A stretch of DNA of 63,377 nt, the filler included, from Octopus bimaculoides (taxonomy: Eukaryota), in NCBI RefSeq assembly GCF_001194135.2. It is 5 parts of 4 records of this genome, joined end to end, with 100 filler letters (N's around TTAATTAATTAA, not from the genome) between each part and the next. Parts side by side here need not be neighbours in the genome. Positions count along the whole stretch, not along the records: positions 1 to 23,168 come from NC_068998.1; positions 23,269 to 27,123 come from NC_068996.1; 3 more parts are not named here. One strand, given 5' to 3'. Shown here piece by piece: positions 12,997 through 26,612 of the stretch. How positions within the stretch are numbered: the stretch's first letter is position 1; each line of letters begins with the position of its first letter. The notes below the pieces were generated by a model, which was given only the letters and a program-made list of their open reading frames with translations, ran no database searches and was not told the DNA's origin. A program made the translations under genes and the position numbers.

Positions 12997-13989
12997 ATCT
13001 TAAGTTTCATTTCAAAGAACCAGTGGGGTGGATCTCAGGAAGTTTTGTCTCAAAGAACTAAAGAGGGAGAAGGGGTCTCAGGCAACTTTCTCTTATAGAA
13101 CCAGAAAAGTGAATCACATGTGGTTTTGTGGTAATGAGTCAGAAATGTCAGCCTCTAGTGGTTTAGTATTAAAGAACCAGAAGAAAGGTGGATCTCAGGA
13201 GTGTTTGCATTGAAAGGGTTAAGGCATGGAGTAGTTAGTTCATCATAGCACTGTGTGATGGATCTTTCTGCTGTCTGCTTGTATTAATATTGATCTCACA
13301 TAAAAACCACCTTTTTCAAAGACTAACAGAAATTGCTTTCTGATCAGTTTGTGACAGGTATGGCCTCTCAGGTCAATTGTCTTTGAGTAGTCCTAAAGCA
13401 TGGGGAGTGGCACAAAAAAAAAAAAAAATTCTTTTCATCATATGTGGCAATAAAGTAAAAAGAAAAAAAGGAAGAGTAGTAGTTGTTGAGGGGTGGTGGG
13501 GTGGTTGGTGACGGTAATGGCAATTTTGTTTTGAGGAAAATGAATCTTCATGGTTATAATTATCTTTCATTTGGATGGCGATAAGGAAGAGATTATTATT
13601 ATTATTATTATCATTATTATTATTATTATTATTGTTTTCATCATTACTGTTTTTTATGAGAATACAGAGGGCAACAAGGATGAGAATGATGAAAATACGA
13701 TGATGATGATGATGATGATATTGGCAATATTAATAATAGTATTAAGCCAAGAAATACAAAAATAGGAAAAAAAAAATTCAACTTCAACTAACAACACCTT
13801 TCTCGAAAATGAAAACAAAATAAATAAAAGGAAAGAGAAATTTGTGGATGGGGTGAAAATATTTAAAAAGTAAAAATAAATTAAAATATTTTATATTGAA
13901 AATATGATAATAATGATGATAACTGAACGGCAACAATATTGATGATCATAATGATAATAATAATAACGGTAGTCGTGGTGGTGGTGGTG

Positions 13990-14034
<45 letters not shown>

Positions 14035-14645
14035 ATAATTGTTTTTTTATTTACCTATTGTAATATTTATTTGATTCTTTACAAATAATAAAAATGGTAA
14101 TAATAATAATNNNNNNNNNNNNNNNNNNNNNNNNNNNNNNNNNNNNNNNNNNNNNNNNNNNNNNNNNNNNNNNNNNNNNNNNNNNNNNNNNNNNNNNNNN
14201 NNNNNNNNNNNNNNNNNNNNNNNNNNNNNNNNNNNNNNNNNNNNNNNNNNNNNNNNNNNNNNNNNNNNNNNNNNNNNNNNNNNNNNNNNNNNNNNNNNNN
14301 NNNNNNNNNNNNNNNNNNNNNNNNNNNNNNNNNNNNNNNNNNNNNNNNNNNNNNNNNNNNNNNNNNNNNNNNNNNNNNNNNNNNNNNNNNNNNNNNNNNN
14401 NNAAAAGATATTTTCAATCAAAGAACTTGCTGGAATATTTGAGCTGAATATACAATCAGAGTTGTGAAAAGAAGCAGAAAATTGTTTGATATATATACAT
14501 ACATGCATACATACACACATACATACGTACATACATACATACATACATACAAACACATATACACATATACACACACATATAGATATATGTACACGCATAC
14601 AGAAGGAAGGAAATAAACATATTTTACTCACACACACACACAAAT

Positions 14646-14678
<33 letters not shown>

Positions 14679-14837
14679 TACACATATATACACACACACA
14701 TACACACACACACACACATATGCACCTGTATATGTTTAAGTGGGGAATTGTACCTTCAGTTCCCTCAAATAAAAATCAATTCTTTCTGCATATACTCAAT
14801 TTCTCTCCTTCTGTCTCTCTCTCTACTTATCTATCTT

Positions 14838-14873
<36 letters not shown>

Positions 14874-15217
14874 CCTCTCTATGTGTGTCTACATTATTGT
14901 CATCGTCTTTAACATCATTATTTTGGCATCCATGTTCCCATACGTGCATGGATCAGATGAAATAATTTGAAAGAGATTTTCTATGGCCAAATTCCCATCC
15001 ATTCACCAACCCAAGCTGAACCTGTTTCCAAGCAAGGTAATATTTCCCCATTCTTGGACTGTTTTCCACAGAAGATTGGAAAGGAATAAGAGCACTCATA
15101 TAATCAAAGAAATTTACACAAACAATATAGTTATTATTTAGTCCTACCTTTTAAAACACAAATAATAAAAGCTGATAAGATGAACCAAATATGACACATT
15201 TATAAGAATGAATTCAG

Positions 15218-15261
15218 TTAGTTTATTAACCCCAGCTCTTCGCTTATTTTATCAACAACCT
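15218..15261 (-). CDS. Candidate terminal exon (EVVDKISEELGLIN* or another frame)
   Basis: Strong acceptor TTTTGTTTTTCCTTCTCAG followed by a short open frame ending in TAA. Confidence 0.2.
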
Positions 15262-15378
15262 CTGAGAAGGAAAAACAAAATTGAATCAAGCTTAATTTGA
15301 ACTCGGATCCTACATTCAAAAAGAAATCTGAGGAATAGTTGTTATGTATGTTCAGCATGTCCACTGGCTCCTTGCGTT

Positions 15379-15829
15379 CCTTACTTGTTTCAGTCATTAG
15401 ACAGTAGTAATGCTGGAGCATCGCCTTAGAGAGTATGTTGTTGTTTGTTTCTTTCTGAGCCATGCCTGGCACATAAGGGCTGGTTTCCTGGTTTCACTGT
15501 CACAGGCGAGCTACCAGATGCAGGAGGAAAGAGTGAGAGAAAAGTTGATGCAAAAGAGTCAGCAGAAGTTCGCCATTACCTTCTACTGGAGCCAGGTGGA
15601 GCTTAGGTGTTTTGCTCATAAACACGCATCGCCCAGTCTAAGATTCAAACCCGCAACCCCTCAACCACGAGTCTGCTACTCTAACCACTAGGCCATGTGC
15701 CTCCACCCTGAAGACTATAGTTGAACAAATCAACCCCAGTACTTATTTTTTAGAGTCACTTTTAGCTGAACTGTTAAGTGACGAAGGACATGAACAAACC
15801 AAGAATGGTTGTCAAGCAGTGGTAAGGGC

Positions 15830-15868
<39 letters not shown>

Positions 15869-16030
15869 GACAGGCTTCTTTTAGTTTCCATCTATAATGT
15901 CCATTCACAGGGCTTTGTTCAGTCCAGGGCTATGATATAAGACACTTGCCCAAGGTACCATGCAGTGTAACTGAACCCAGAACCATGTGATTGAGAAGTA
16001 AACTTCTTGCCATACAGCTACTCCACTCCA
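15379..16030 (-). mobile_element. SINE family 1 interrupted by a nested SINE
   Basis: Family-1 sequence at 15379-15428 resumes at 15707. Confidence 0.8.
15436..15706 (-). mobile_element. Nested tRNA-derived SINE (head GTGGAGGCACATGGCCTAGTGGTTAG)
   Basis: Head resembles that of 63071-63331. Confidence 0.7.
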
Positions 16031-16079
16031 GAGTATATTTTTAATTATATAATTAAAACCTTCGTCGTTAACACCAACC

Positions 16080-17120
16080 ACCTCGCTACCCCTCTCACCC
16101 GTCATCATCATTATCATCATCACCAAATTTACACACAATATTATTACAACTTAATCACCACCACCACTAATCCCCTAGCCATGGCCATCACTACTGCTTC
16201 CATCATAATCACCAAATCCATCACCACAAGTATCATCTCCACCACCACCACCATCACCCTAGTCACTGCCACAACAAACCCACCAACCTTATCACCAAAT
16301 ACACCACCGCTACCACCACCACCACCACCACCACCACCACCACCACAACCACCACAGCCACCACCATCATTGTCATCATTATCACAAACAACATCTATAT
16401 CAATATCACTGACCACCCATACCATTAATAATGGTTTCAAATTTTGGCACAAGACCAGCAATTTTTGGTGGGGAATGGTTAAGTCAATTACATCGATCCT
16501 AATGCTTAGCTGGTACTTTTTTGTTGACCCTGGAAGAATGAAACACCAGGTCAACCTAGGTGTAATTTGAACTCGAAATGTACAGTTCCCCCCACCTCCA
16601 CTATCACCATCATCATTTCCACTAAGAACAAAACAGGCCACCACAATCATCATCATCATCATTCCCTCCCACCAAAAACAATACCACCACTGCCACCAAC
16701 ATCATTACCACCTTCACCATCAGAACATTACCCCCTTAACCATATCATTACCATCATCACTCAATCAAGAACAATACCACCTCCATCACCATCTACATCC
16801 CCATCGAGAGGAATACCACCACCTCCACCACCACCACCAACAACACTATCACCACTTCCACTAAGAACAAAACCAACCACCACAATCCTCATCTCCTCCT
16901 ACCTAAAAAACAATGACCACCTCCATCACCATCCCCCATCAAGAACAATACCACCACCACCACCACCATCGTCAGCGCCACTGTCATCACCACCATTATT
17001 ATTACCACCGTTACCCCCCATACACACACACCAAGAACAATACCAGCCACCACCAACACCACCACCACAATGAAGATCAATACCACCTCCATCACCATCT
17101 CCACCATGAACAATACCAAC
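16080..17120. repeat. (CAC/CAT)-rich low-complexity tract containing a recurring AAGAACAATACCACC unit
   Basis: Direct reading; it produces the Pro/His/Thr-rich ORFs. Confidence 0.85.
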
Positions 17121-17595
17121 CCATTATCTTCAAGAATGTTCTAAATACAGAAATCTTCCAGAACCTTCTGCAATTGACAGATTGCAGTTTTATCATTTAA
17201 ATAACACCCACACACACACACTCACCTCACCCCATCCCCCCTTCAATCCAATCAACTTTATTGTTGTTCTTTTATATTCTCCTCTTTATTCCATAGTTAC
17301 TTCCTCTCATTATTTATATCTACATCTATCATTTCCTTACTCTCTTTGTTGTTTAGCCCCAGGTCGGACAGTCCTTATCCAGGAGTCATATGATCAAAAG
17401 GCATTCCATTTGTGATCATTCTGCCTTTTGACAGTATGGTCTTGTGCATTCATAGCTGTATATTGTGTTGCAGAATCTTGTCAGAGCCCTGGGCATATAT
17501 GCCTTATAGCCATTCCGGCCCTTTGTTCTGCTAAATTCAGAACCCCTCCAAGCGTAACTTTGACTTTCACCTTTCCAAATATAGTCAGCGGCATA

Positions 17596-18770
17596 CAGTC
17601 ATGGCCAAAAGTTTGGAACATAGGTCTGAAATTAAAATTTTTATATTGAATGCCTGAAGTTATATTTAATTTGCAATTAAGTCCTCTCCTTTAAACACTC
17701 ATACATCAAAACTGATGGGAGTAACTATCATCAATATGGTGGGTATAACAATTTCAATTTTAAAAATAAATGTTCCAGACGTTTGGCTATTACTGCAGCT
17801 TAATATGGGAGAAAGAGGAGTGACTGCTCTTCACGAGCACATCCTTCAAAATTGGCATCTTTACAATTTTTTCAACTCTTTATATCACTTGTGCAATAAA
17901 AGTTAAATCTCTTTTTTTACTTTGTTAACTGCATGGCCTTAGAAGAACTTTCCAGAGGCATTATTTTATTTGACCAACCTTCTATGTTTTTGAACTATCT
18001 GCTGCAATGCCATATGATGTGTGGGTGGCCGCTGACATTTGAGAGAACCAAAACAAACCCTGAAGTTAGAACTTCTCGACTCTGGATAATCCTGTGGTGC
18101 TTCATCTTTTTCATGCTACACATCTATCAGTAGTTATAATTTTCATACTTAATAACATCGTTACTTAGACATGAAATTAACGAATATAGGATACAATTAT
18201 ATATATTATAACTAATTAAGTATTTTGCATAATATAAGAGAAATGAAGGTAAACATTGGCAGTAGGAAGTCGATCTTTTATATTTATGGTCCAGTCAGTC
18301 ATAAAACAATTCTTTTCTGAGCCAAGCAGAGTTTGCATCTTCTACTGCTGTTACAATAAGGTTTGAAATTTTCCAGTATCCTCCACTTGATGTTGCAATG
18401 TGAAACATTTTCTTTTAATGTCCATAAATGCCAGCCTAGAGTTGTGATATTTTGCCCCTCTCAGATATCTTGTCTATTAGCCAGTTTGCTGAGGTATATC
18501 TGCACTGTCAATGCAGATATACAACCCTGCCCTTGCCTCAACCTATCTCCCACAAACAGTCTCAAGCCAAGGGACATAACTGCAATAGACTAAATATTTT
18601 TTTCCTTTTTTTTTTTTTTGCCTTTGACTAGAATTATTTCTGTGATGAATTTCTTACCAATTTATTTTTTATACTAGCCCTTAGACACACATACCATTTC
18701 TGATTATTACCAGAGCTGGCTTTCCACCACTGGTATGAAACCACTTGGTAATTTGGCTATTATACGACTA
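17596..18770 (-). mobile_element. Possible highly decayed Tc1-like transposon
   Basis: TA+CAGTCATGGCCAAAAGTTT TIR-like end at 17594. Weak HTH-like SERGKISQL*AG on the minus strand. The other TIR is poor. Confidence 0.3.
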
Positions 18771-19001
18771 TAATATATTTGAATAATTATTATGATAATA
18801 TATGGATTTACTAGCTAAGATATAAATACTTTTTATATGGCTTATAGATAACTTATATATGCATGTATGTGCATAAATATATANNNNNNNNNNNNNNNNN
18901 NNNNNNNNNNNNNNNNNNNNNNNNNNNNNNNNNNNNNNNNNNNNNNNNNNNNNNNNNNNNNNNNNNNNNNNNNNNNNNNNNNNNNNNNNNNNNNNNNNNN
19001 N

Positions 19002-19035
<34 letters not shown>

Positions 19036-19269
19036 GTATATATATATGTGTCTATGTTTGTATGCATGGATGTGTGTATGTATGTATATCAAGAAACACA
19101 TATACCAACGTATTTAAAAGATGTTGATGGAAGTAATTGATATTTTCAAACAAAAGGTAGGTGAAAGAAAAAGCCTTACAAATAAATTGATAAACATTTG
19201 AAATAAACTCACAATACGATTGTTTAAAATTGTTAATTTCAGTATATAGATAGATAGATAGATAGATAG

Positions 19270-19320
<51 letters not shown>

Positions 19321-19518
19321 TACATGTGTGTATATATGTGTATGTGTGCGTGTACATACATACATATACACTCATGTATACACACATTCAAACATATATA
19401 CAAATGTATACATGTATATATCTAATAAAGAATATTTATCTACCAATGTGGTGTTGAACATTCATTCTCACTTTTTCATACTAGTGTATACATATTTATA
19501 TATGTATATCTGTCTGTA

Positions 19519-19676
<158 letters not shown>

Positions 19677-19732
19677 CATACATGTGTGTGTGTGTGTGTG
19701 TGCATTCAAATAAGTTAGTTTTTCTCTCTTAC

Positions 19733-19773
19733 TGCAGTTTTGGAAAATTTATCTCCACACCTCTTGTTCTCAT
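19733..19773 (-). CDS. Candidate 41-nt exon (MRTRGVEINFPKL)
   Basis: Acceptor TTTTAGCTTTGCTTTCAG, donor GTAAGA; phase-compatible with 22213-22259. Confidence 0.25.
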
Positions 19774-20809
19774 CTGAAAGCAAAGCTAAAATAGCTTTAG
19801 ATTTTCATTAACGAAAAACAACAAAATGGAATTCTATTTTCTCAATAAGAAAATTTCTTCGTTAAATATTCAAGGTGTTTTGGTAGATACTTTTCTCCCT
19901 TATTTTTGTTTACAATTATTTATTTATTTATTTATAATTATTTTTTTTAAAAATTATATTTATACATTTTTACTCCACTCATTTATAGTTTTATCGGTTG
20001 AGGAACTATTTTAACAAGTGTGATAAAGTTAAAGCCAATTCTCTAAGCAAGCTATAAGGCTGCAGCTGATTGCCTATGCTCTATTTTTTTCCAAAAAACT
20101 GAGGATAGTTAAACGTTCTCCTGCTATGGCTTCCCAACTATTACAGATAATTCTTTCCAGAAGATTTTGAACCTTTTTCCTGCATGTTAAATCAACTGTG
20201 GCACAGGTATGATTGTGAGGTAAGGAGCTTGTGTATATGGGTGAAGAGGAATGACCAATGAACTTAGTTATGGATTCCATTGGTTATTTACAGGAATAAA
20301 AAGGAAGAAGAGAACTTGTTCCTTCATCAGGCCTGGTGGGCTGAAACACACACCTGGGTATAAAAGAATGACTCAGTTTCAAATCCTGTTGGAGACAGGA
20401 TTTTAGAAAGCAACAGGAGCACACCTTAGAGTCATGATCTGGGTGGGCCTGGCTCCTGTAGAATGTCAGGTATAAGGGCCAAAACATTTGTTGGATGGGA
20501 GTTCTTCCTCAGAAGATCTCACCTGCTGTGTACTCATCTTGCAGCAAGTTTCTATTATCCTTTTATGCATGTGTGTCTTTGTGTTTGGTTTGGTTTGGTC
20601 CCCACCACTGCCTGACAACTGGTTTAGGTGCATTTACGTCCCTGTGACATAGCAGTTTGACAAAAGAGAGCGATAACATAAGTACTTCAGAGAATCTATA
20701 ACATAAGTAATCAATACTAGTTGCGACTGTAAACAGAATTTCTCACCTGCATTTTCCTGCAAATCTTTGGTTACATTTCTCACTTTGTAGTGCATTTTAT
20801 GTTACATGG

Positions 20810-21194
20810 CATATATGAATTGGTAAAATGCTTGCTTCCCAACAACATGGTTCTAGGTTCAGCCTTATTGCATGGCACCTTGGGCAAGTGTCTTCTGCAA
20901 AAACCTTGGGCCAACAAAAGTCTTGTGGGTGGATGTGGTAGAGGAAAATTGAAAGAAGCTGGTCATGTGTGTGTGTGTGTTTGTGTCTCTGTCTGTCCAC
21001 TATCACAGCTTGATAACCGGTGTTGGTGTATTGACAGCCCTGTAACTTAGTAATTCAGTAAAAGGAGGCTGGTAGAATGAGAACCATAAAACCATAAAGA
21101 ATAAATAATAGAGAAAATGTCTTAGACTAAGATATTTCAAGGTGGTATCCTAGCATGGCCACAGTCTAATGACTGAAACAAGTAAAAGATAAAA
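20810..21194 (+). mobile_element. SINE family 1
   Basis: Head, GGCACCTTGGGCAAGTGTC core, TG tract and GAAACAAGTAAAAG tail. Confidence 0.85.
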
Positions 21195-21204
21195 GCTATA
21201 TGTT

Positions 21205-21244
<40 letters not shown>

Positions 21245-22212
21245 TACATATCTATATATAGATTGACTGTGTGTAGGTGAAGGTGTGGCTGTGTGGTAAG
21301 AAGTTGGCTTCCCAATCACATAAATCCTGGTTCAGTCCTTGCATCGGCCAGTCTGGGGTACTGGCATTGGTACACATATTGCCAATTTTGTAAATGAAAT
21401 AGATTTCCAACATTGACACAGGGTCTTCGCAACATGTGTGATAAAGCTCAGTCAATTACACAGACACCCCTGCTGCCATCTGTTATTTGACTGGAATTCC
21501 TTTTATCTACCATGGAATGATGAAAAGCAATGTCAACTTCACCAGGATTTGAACTCAGAATATCAATATCAAGACATGAAGCTAAATAATTATTGCAAGG
21601 CATTTTACTTGTGACTCCTCTAATTCTGTCATTACACTTGTTTCAGTATGTTCTATGAAACTGTTCAACATGTTTGACGAAATTGTTTGACATTTTCAAT
21701 GAAATTGTTGACCATATTTGATTGAATTCTTAGCATGTTTGATGTACCTTTTTGATGAAACTAAAATAGACAAACTCCATGAAACATTAAAGACACTGCT
21801 CAAAGCTTTTTCTGTATTAACCGAAATAATTATTTGTCTGTATGATGAAAACTATTTGTTCAAAAGAAAAGCCTGTTTTTCTCCTTTTACCAATTCTCTT
21901 CTGAGAGACGACAGTAAAGAGAAAACGCTTCTTTTATATATCTCTTCCTTTCTTTCTTGCTTATATTTTATTTTATATCTTTCTTAAACTCTTGGAGTCT
22001 GAAACAATTCAAGAGCTTCCTAACTGGTAGAATATTACATTGCTATATTTTGAGACTAATATTTGAAGTTTGAAGTCAGCCAGAAATGTTTTCTTATCAG
22101 TAAGCATCAATATATATATCTTCCTTATTTTTAGAACTTTGATTACAAAACTGAAGTGAGCCAAAAGTTTTGTCAATAGCTACCGGCAATCTAGTTTGTA
22201 TTTTCAGGTTAC

Positions 22213-22259
22213 CCATAATTTTCTCGACATATTTCCTACATAATTGTAGTTAACTGGAG
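22213..22259 (-). CDS. Candidate 47-nt exon (PVNYNYVGNMSRKLW)
   Basis: Acceptor TCTTTCCGTAG, donor GTAACC, open frame. Confidence 0.25.
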
Positions 22260-22319
22260 CTACGGAAAGACTGATATGATTCTTCAGAAATAATTGAAAG
22301 AAATACCCACAAACTTAGT

Positions 22320-22680
22320 ATAATTTATTTTCTCCTCTGCTTCCTCCTCTTACTCTTCCTTCTTTTTCTTCTTCTTCATCCTCCTCCTTATCATCTTCTT
22401 CTTCTTCTACAACCTCCACCTCCTCCTCCTCCTCATCTTCTTCTACATCCTCCTCCTCCTCCTCATCATTGTCTTCTTCCTCTTCCTCTTCCTCATCATC
22501 ATCATCATCTTCTTCTTCTTCTTCTTCTTCCACATCCTCCTCTTCCTCTTCCTCCTCATCATCATCTTCTTTTTCTTCTTCTACATCCTCCTCCTCCTCC
22601 TCATCATCATGTTCTTCTTCTTCTTCTCCTTCCACATCCTCCTCCTCCTTATCATCATCATCATCTTCTTCTTCTTCTCA
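22320..22680. repeat. Mixed (TCC/TCT/TCA)n triplet tract
   Basis: Direct reading. Confidence 0.9.
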
Positions 22681-23268
22681 GATCAGGACCATTTTTAAAA
22701 GAAATTTTTTTTTGTTTTTTTAAATATATAAGTTTCTCTCTTGCTGATGAACCACAGTTTACAAATTGCTATCGAAGACATATTTCTTCTAAACATAATC
22801 ATAACAACAACAACAACACGGCCTTTTACTTATTCTATCAAGTTTCATTCACCACCCCCACCACCACACACACATACCATTATTTTGGAGCGAGAGAGAA
22901 GGGACGAAGTTAATCTAGAATTATTTTCAGCAGTTTTTTTTTTAACAGTTTCACTGGATATCATATATTTAATTTCGAAGTTACAAGACTCCTTCTACAT
23001 TTGCAGCTCCTCCTCCTCCTCCACCTCCTCTTCTCTCCAGTTCTTTGTCATCTATTTTCCTTCTTCTCATAAACCCTCCTCCCTCAGGAAATGCTCTGAA
23101 GGAAGATAGAAACAAGATCAATAAAAACAAAAACAACAAACACTAACAAGTTTACAGCTTTAATAATTNNNNNNNNNNNNNNNNNNNNNNNNNNNNNNNN
23201 NNNNNNNNNNNNTTAATTAATTAANNNNNNNNNNNNNNNNNNNNNNNNNNNNNNNNNNNNNNNNNNNN

Positions 23269-23303
<35 letters not shown>

Positions 23304-23540
23304 TATGTATATATACACACATGAGTTGTCTAAGAGTCCATAAGTCATAGAAAAGATGCACTTGTATATCTGTCAATAGAGTGGGCATATTATCTGATAT
23401 GTACAGTATTATATATCCATCACGGCTGATCTTACCAATTGGTTTCATGCTAGGAATACAATGGAGTGTTAGGTAACAATCCAATTATATAACCTTATGT
23501 TCCTCAGAGTTAGCTGACATGAAAGGGAATAATGGCGATA

Positions 23541-24761
23541 GCCAAAATGCCTGGTCAGTTTTTGCTAACACTAAATTTCAAATACTCTAATATGTAGCTA
23601 ACTTCAGTTTGCCCCTTGCTCATGCACACTTGTCAGATACTTGACATTTTGACATAGTTTGATATTAATTTGAGATGAGAGAGGTTGTATTTTGTATGCT
23701 TGGGATTACCCTAAAAACGGAGAGTGAAAATGAACGTTATAGACACTTCATGCTTCTTTATCTTAAGAAAGGTAAGAAAATGGCAGAAATCTGCTGGAAG
23801 ATATGCGCTATGTACAGAAAGAGTGCTGTTACAGTATGCGTGGGCCAGAAGTGGTTTTCAAAGTTTTGATCAGGAAACTTTTTGTTGAAGACACACCTCA
23901 CTCTGGCCAGCCAGCTGAGATTAACAACAATGCCAATCTCTGTTCTACAATCAGGATGATTGCAGATATTCCTCAAATCAAGTGTTGAAAACCATTTGCA
24001 TCAATTTGGTTACATCAGCAGGCTGGATGTTTGGGTTCCACATTAGTTGAATGAAACAAACCTCACCCAATAGATTTCCATCTGCAATTCATTGCAGAAA
24101 TGTGAAGGAAACAATCCGTTTTTGAAGAGAATAATGACAGGGGACAGAAAATGGATCGTGAATAACAATGTGAAGTGCAAGCAATCATGGTTGAAGTGCA
24201 GCTAACCATCACAAACAACCTCCAAAGCAAGACTTCACTTGACGGAGATTATGCTTTCAATTTGTTGGGATTGGAAGGATGTTGTTTTTATAAGCTTCTT
24301 CCCATGGACAAGACCATCAATTTGGATTTGTACTGTGACCAGCTGGATCAATTAAATACAGCTATCCATCAGAAGTGTCCAGCACTTGCTTATCATATGG
24401 ACATTATCTTTCATCATGACAATGCCAGACCACATTCTTCTTTGCAGTAGAAGTTACCTGGAGCTTGGTCAGGGAGTTTTGTCACATATTTGCCCAACCT
24501 TGTGTCTTCAGATTTCTGCCTGTTTCAGTCTCTTCAAGATTAATCAAACAGTCAAACCTTCAACTCTGAAGAGGATGTAAAAATTCACCTGAAAGAGATT
24601 TTTGCCAGAAAAGACAGGAAATTCTTTGAGCAGAAAATAATGGATCAGGCCAAAAAACGGTAGAAGATATTGGAATGAAATGGTAATTATATTACTGATT
24701 GAATAAACCACTTTGTGTTTAAAACTTCAATTAAAAAAACTGAACAGACATTTTGGCCAAC

Positions 24762-24766
<5 letters not shown>
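23541..24766 (+). mobile_element. Mariner (DD34D) transposon, full length but decayed
   Basis: TIRs GCCAAAATGCCTGGTCAGTTTT (23541) / AAAACTGAACAGACATTTTGGC (24736). Motifs YRHFMLL (HTH), VWVPH*L, MTGDRKW, FHHDNARPH, PNLVSSDF. Multiple stops and frameshifts. Confidence 0.9.
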
Positions 24767-24795
<29 letters not shown>

Positions 24796-26612
24796 CAGAT
24801 TAATTCAGTCTCAATTGGAATCAAAATGATGAACAGGAAGAAATATAGCTTCTAAGTGAAAATAGTTAGGGGCTGTCATTGGTCAGTCCTGGTCATGTCC
24901 TGGGGTTGACAAGTCAGTGACATCAGATGCTCTTATTTATTGTTTCATGTTGTGGAACAGATAATCTAGCAGTGCAAACTAATCTTCCATGTGTAGAAAA
25001 TTAACATCAACATCAACAGCTGTTGGAGATGTATGCCTGCTTCCACTGTTTCACATGACAAGATTGATAGTGTTGCAATGTCAGATTACTTGGTATGTTA
25101 TGTGGATATTTTTGTTGTCTAGTGTAGGCAATGGTCAGTGCAAGGAGAATAATCTCAGTATGAACAAGCAGGAATTGTGTCCCTTGCATTTGCATGCCAA
25201 TCAGATAGACTTAAGGTAGTTTTTTTTTCTTGGGTGTTAGTGGCCAATAATTTGGAGATAGGGCATTTCTTTGATGGCACCAAAACAATAAGGTTATTTC
25301 CCTGTTTCAAAATAAGGATATTCTCACAGATGTAAAGTTAGCAGTTATAGGCTCAATTTATTAAGGAGAAGCCCTATCAAGAATGTCCCATGTCATACTG
25401 GGTAAGTTGTTTCTTTGGTCCCACAGTGCTCAGGTGAAGATGAACAAAGTGGAGTTTTTCCTTGCCCCTGCACCTGTCTTGATGGCATAACTACATCAGA
25501 AAAAAAATGCATATACATACTCCAATATCATGCTCCAACCTGAAGCTGCTGATTCCACTAACAGTCCTTTGATAGGATCCTCCTTCTCAAAGGTTGTCTG
25601 TGGTTTATAAAACCAAACTCATAATATGCAATGATATCCTTAGAAAAAATATGGTATCTGTGGTGTATGCGTGCGAGTAGATGTAATCGCCTTACCTCGG
25701 TTTTCCTTTCGTCGACTGNNNNNNNNNNNNNNNNNNNNNNNNNNNNNNNNNNNNNNNNNNNNNNNNNNNNNNNNNNNNNNNNNNNNNNNNNNNNNNNNNN
25801 NNNNNNNNNNNNNNNNNNNNNNNNNNNNNNNNNNNNNNNNNNNNNNNNNNNNNNNNNNNNNNNNNNNNNNNNNNNNNNNNNNNNNNNNNNNNNNNNNNNN
25901 NNNNNNNNNNNNNNNNNNNNNNNNNNNNNNNNNNNNNNNNNNNNNNNNNNNNNNNNNNNNNNNNNNNNNNNNNNNNNNNNNNNNNNNNNNNNNNNNNNNN
26001 NNNNNNNNNNNNNNNNNNNNNNNNNNNNNNNNNNNNNNNNNNNNNNNNNNNNNNNNNNNNNNNNNNNNNNNNNNNNNNNNNNNNNNNNNNNNNNNNNNNN
26101 NNNNNNNNNNNNNNNNNNNNNNNNNNNNNNNNNNNNNNNNNNNNNNNNNNNNNNNNNNNNNNNNNNNNNNNNNNNNNNNNNNNNNNNNNNNNNNNNNNNN
26201 NNNNNNNNNNNNNNNNNNNNNNNNNNNNNNNNNNNNNNNNNNNNNNNNNNNNNNNNNNNNNNNNNNNNNNNNNNNNNNNNNNNNNNNNNNNNNNNNNNNN
26301 NNNNNNNNNNNNNNNNNNNNNNNNNNNNNNNNNNNNNNNNNNNNNNNNNNNNNNNNNNNNNNNNNNNNNNNNNNNNNNNNNNNNNNNNNNNNNNNNNNNN
26401 NNNNNNNNNNNNNNNNNNNNNNNNNNNNNNNNNNNNNNNNNNNNNNNNNNNNNNNNNNNNNNNNNNNNNNNNNNNNNNNNNNNNNNNNNNNNNNNNNNNN
26501 NNNNNNNNNNNNNNNNNNNNNNNNNNNNNNNNNNNNNNNNNNNNNNNNNNNNNNNNNNNNNNNNNNNNNNNNNNNNNNNNNNNNNNNNNNNNNNNNNNNN
26601 NNNNNNNNNNNN

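Noticed and set aside
16007-17200. Pro/His/Thr-rich ORFs of 95-187 aa
   Set aside because: Low-complexity CAC tract, open on both strands and interrupted by a SINE fragment
22315-22723. Poly-Glu/Asp and poly-Ser ORFs
   Set aside because: Triplet-repeat tract with no non-repetitive coding context
23213-23224. TTAATTAATTAA inside N runs (also 27168-27179, 50761-50772, 56950-56961)
   Set aside because: Identical 12-mer centred in 100-bp gaps, with stops in all six frames; an assembly spacer, not biology
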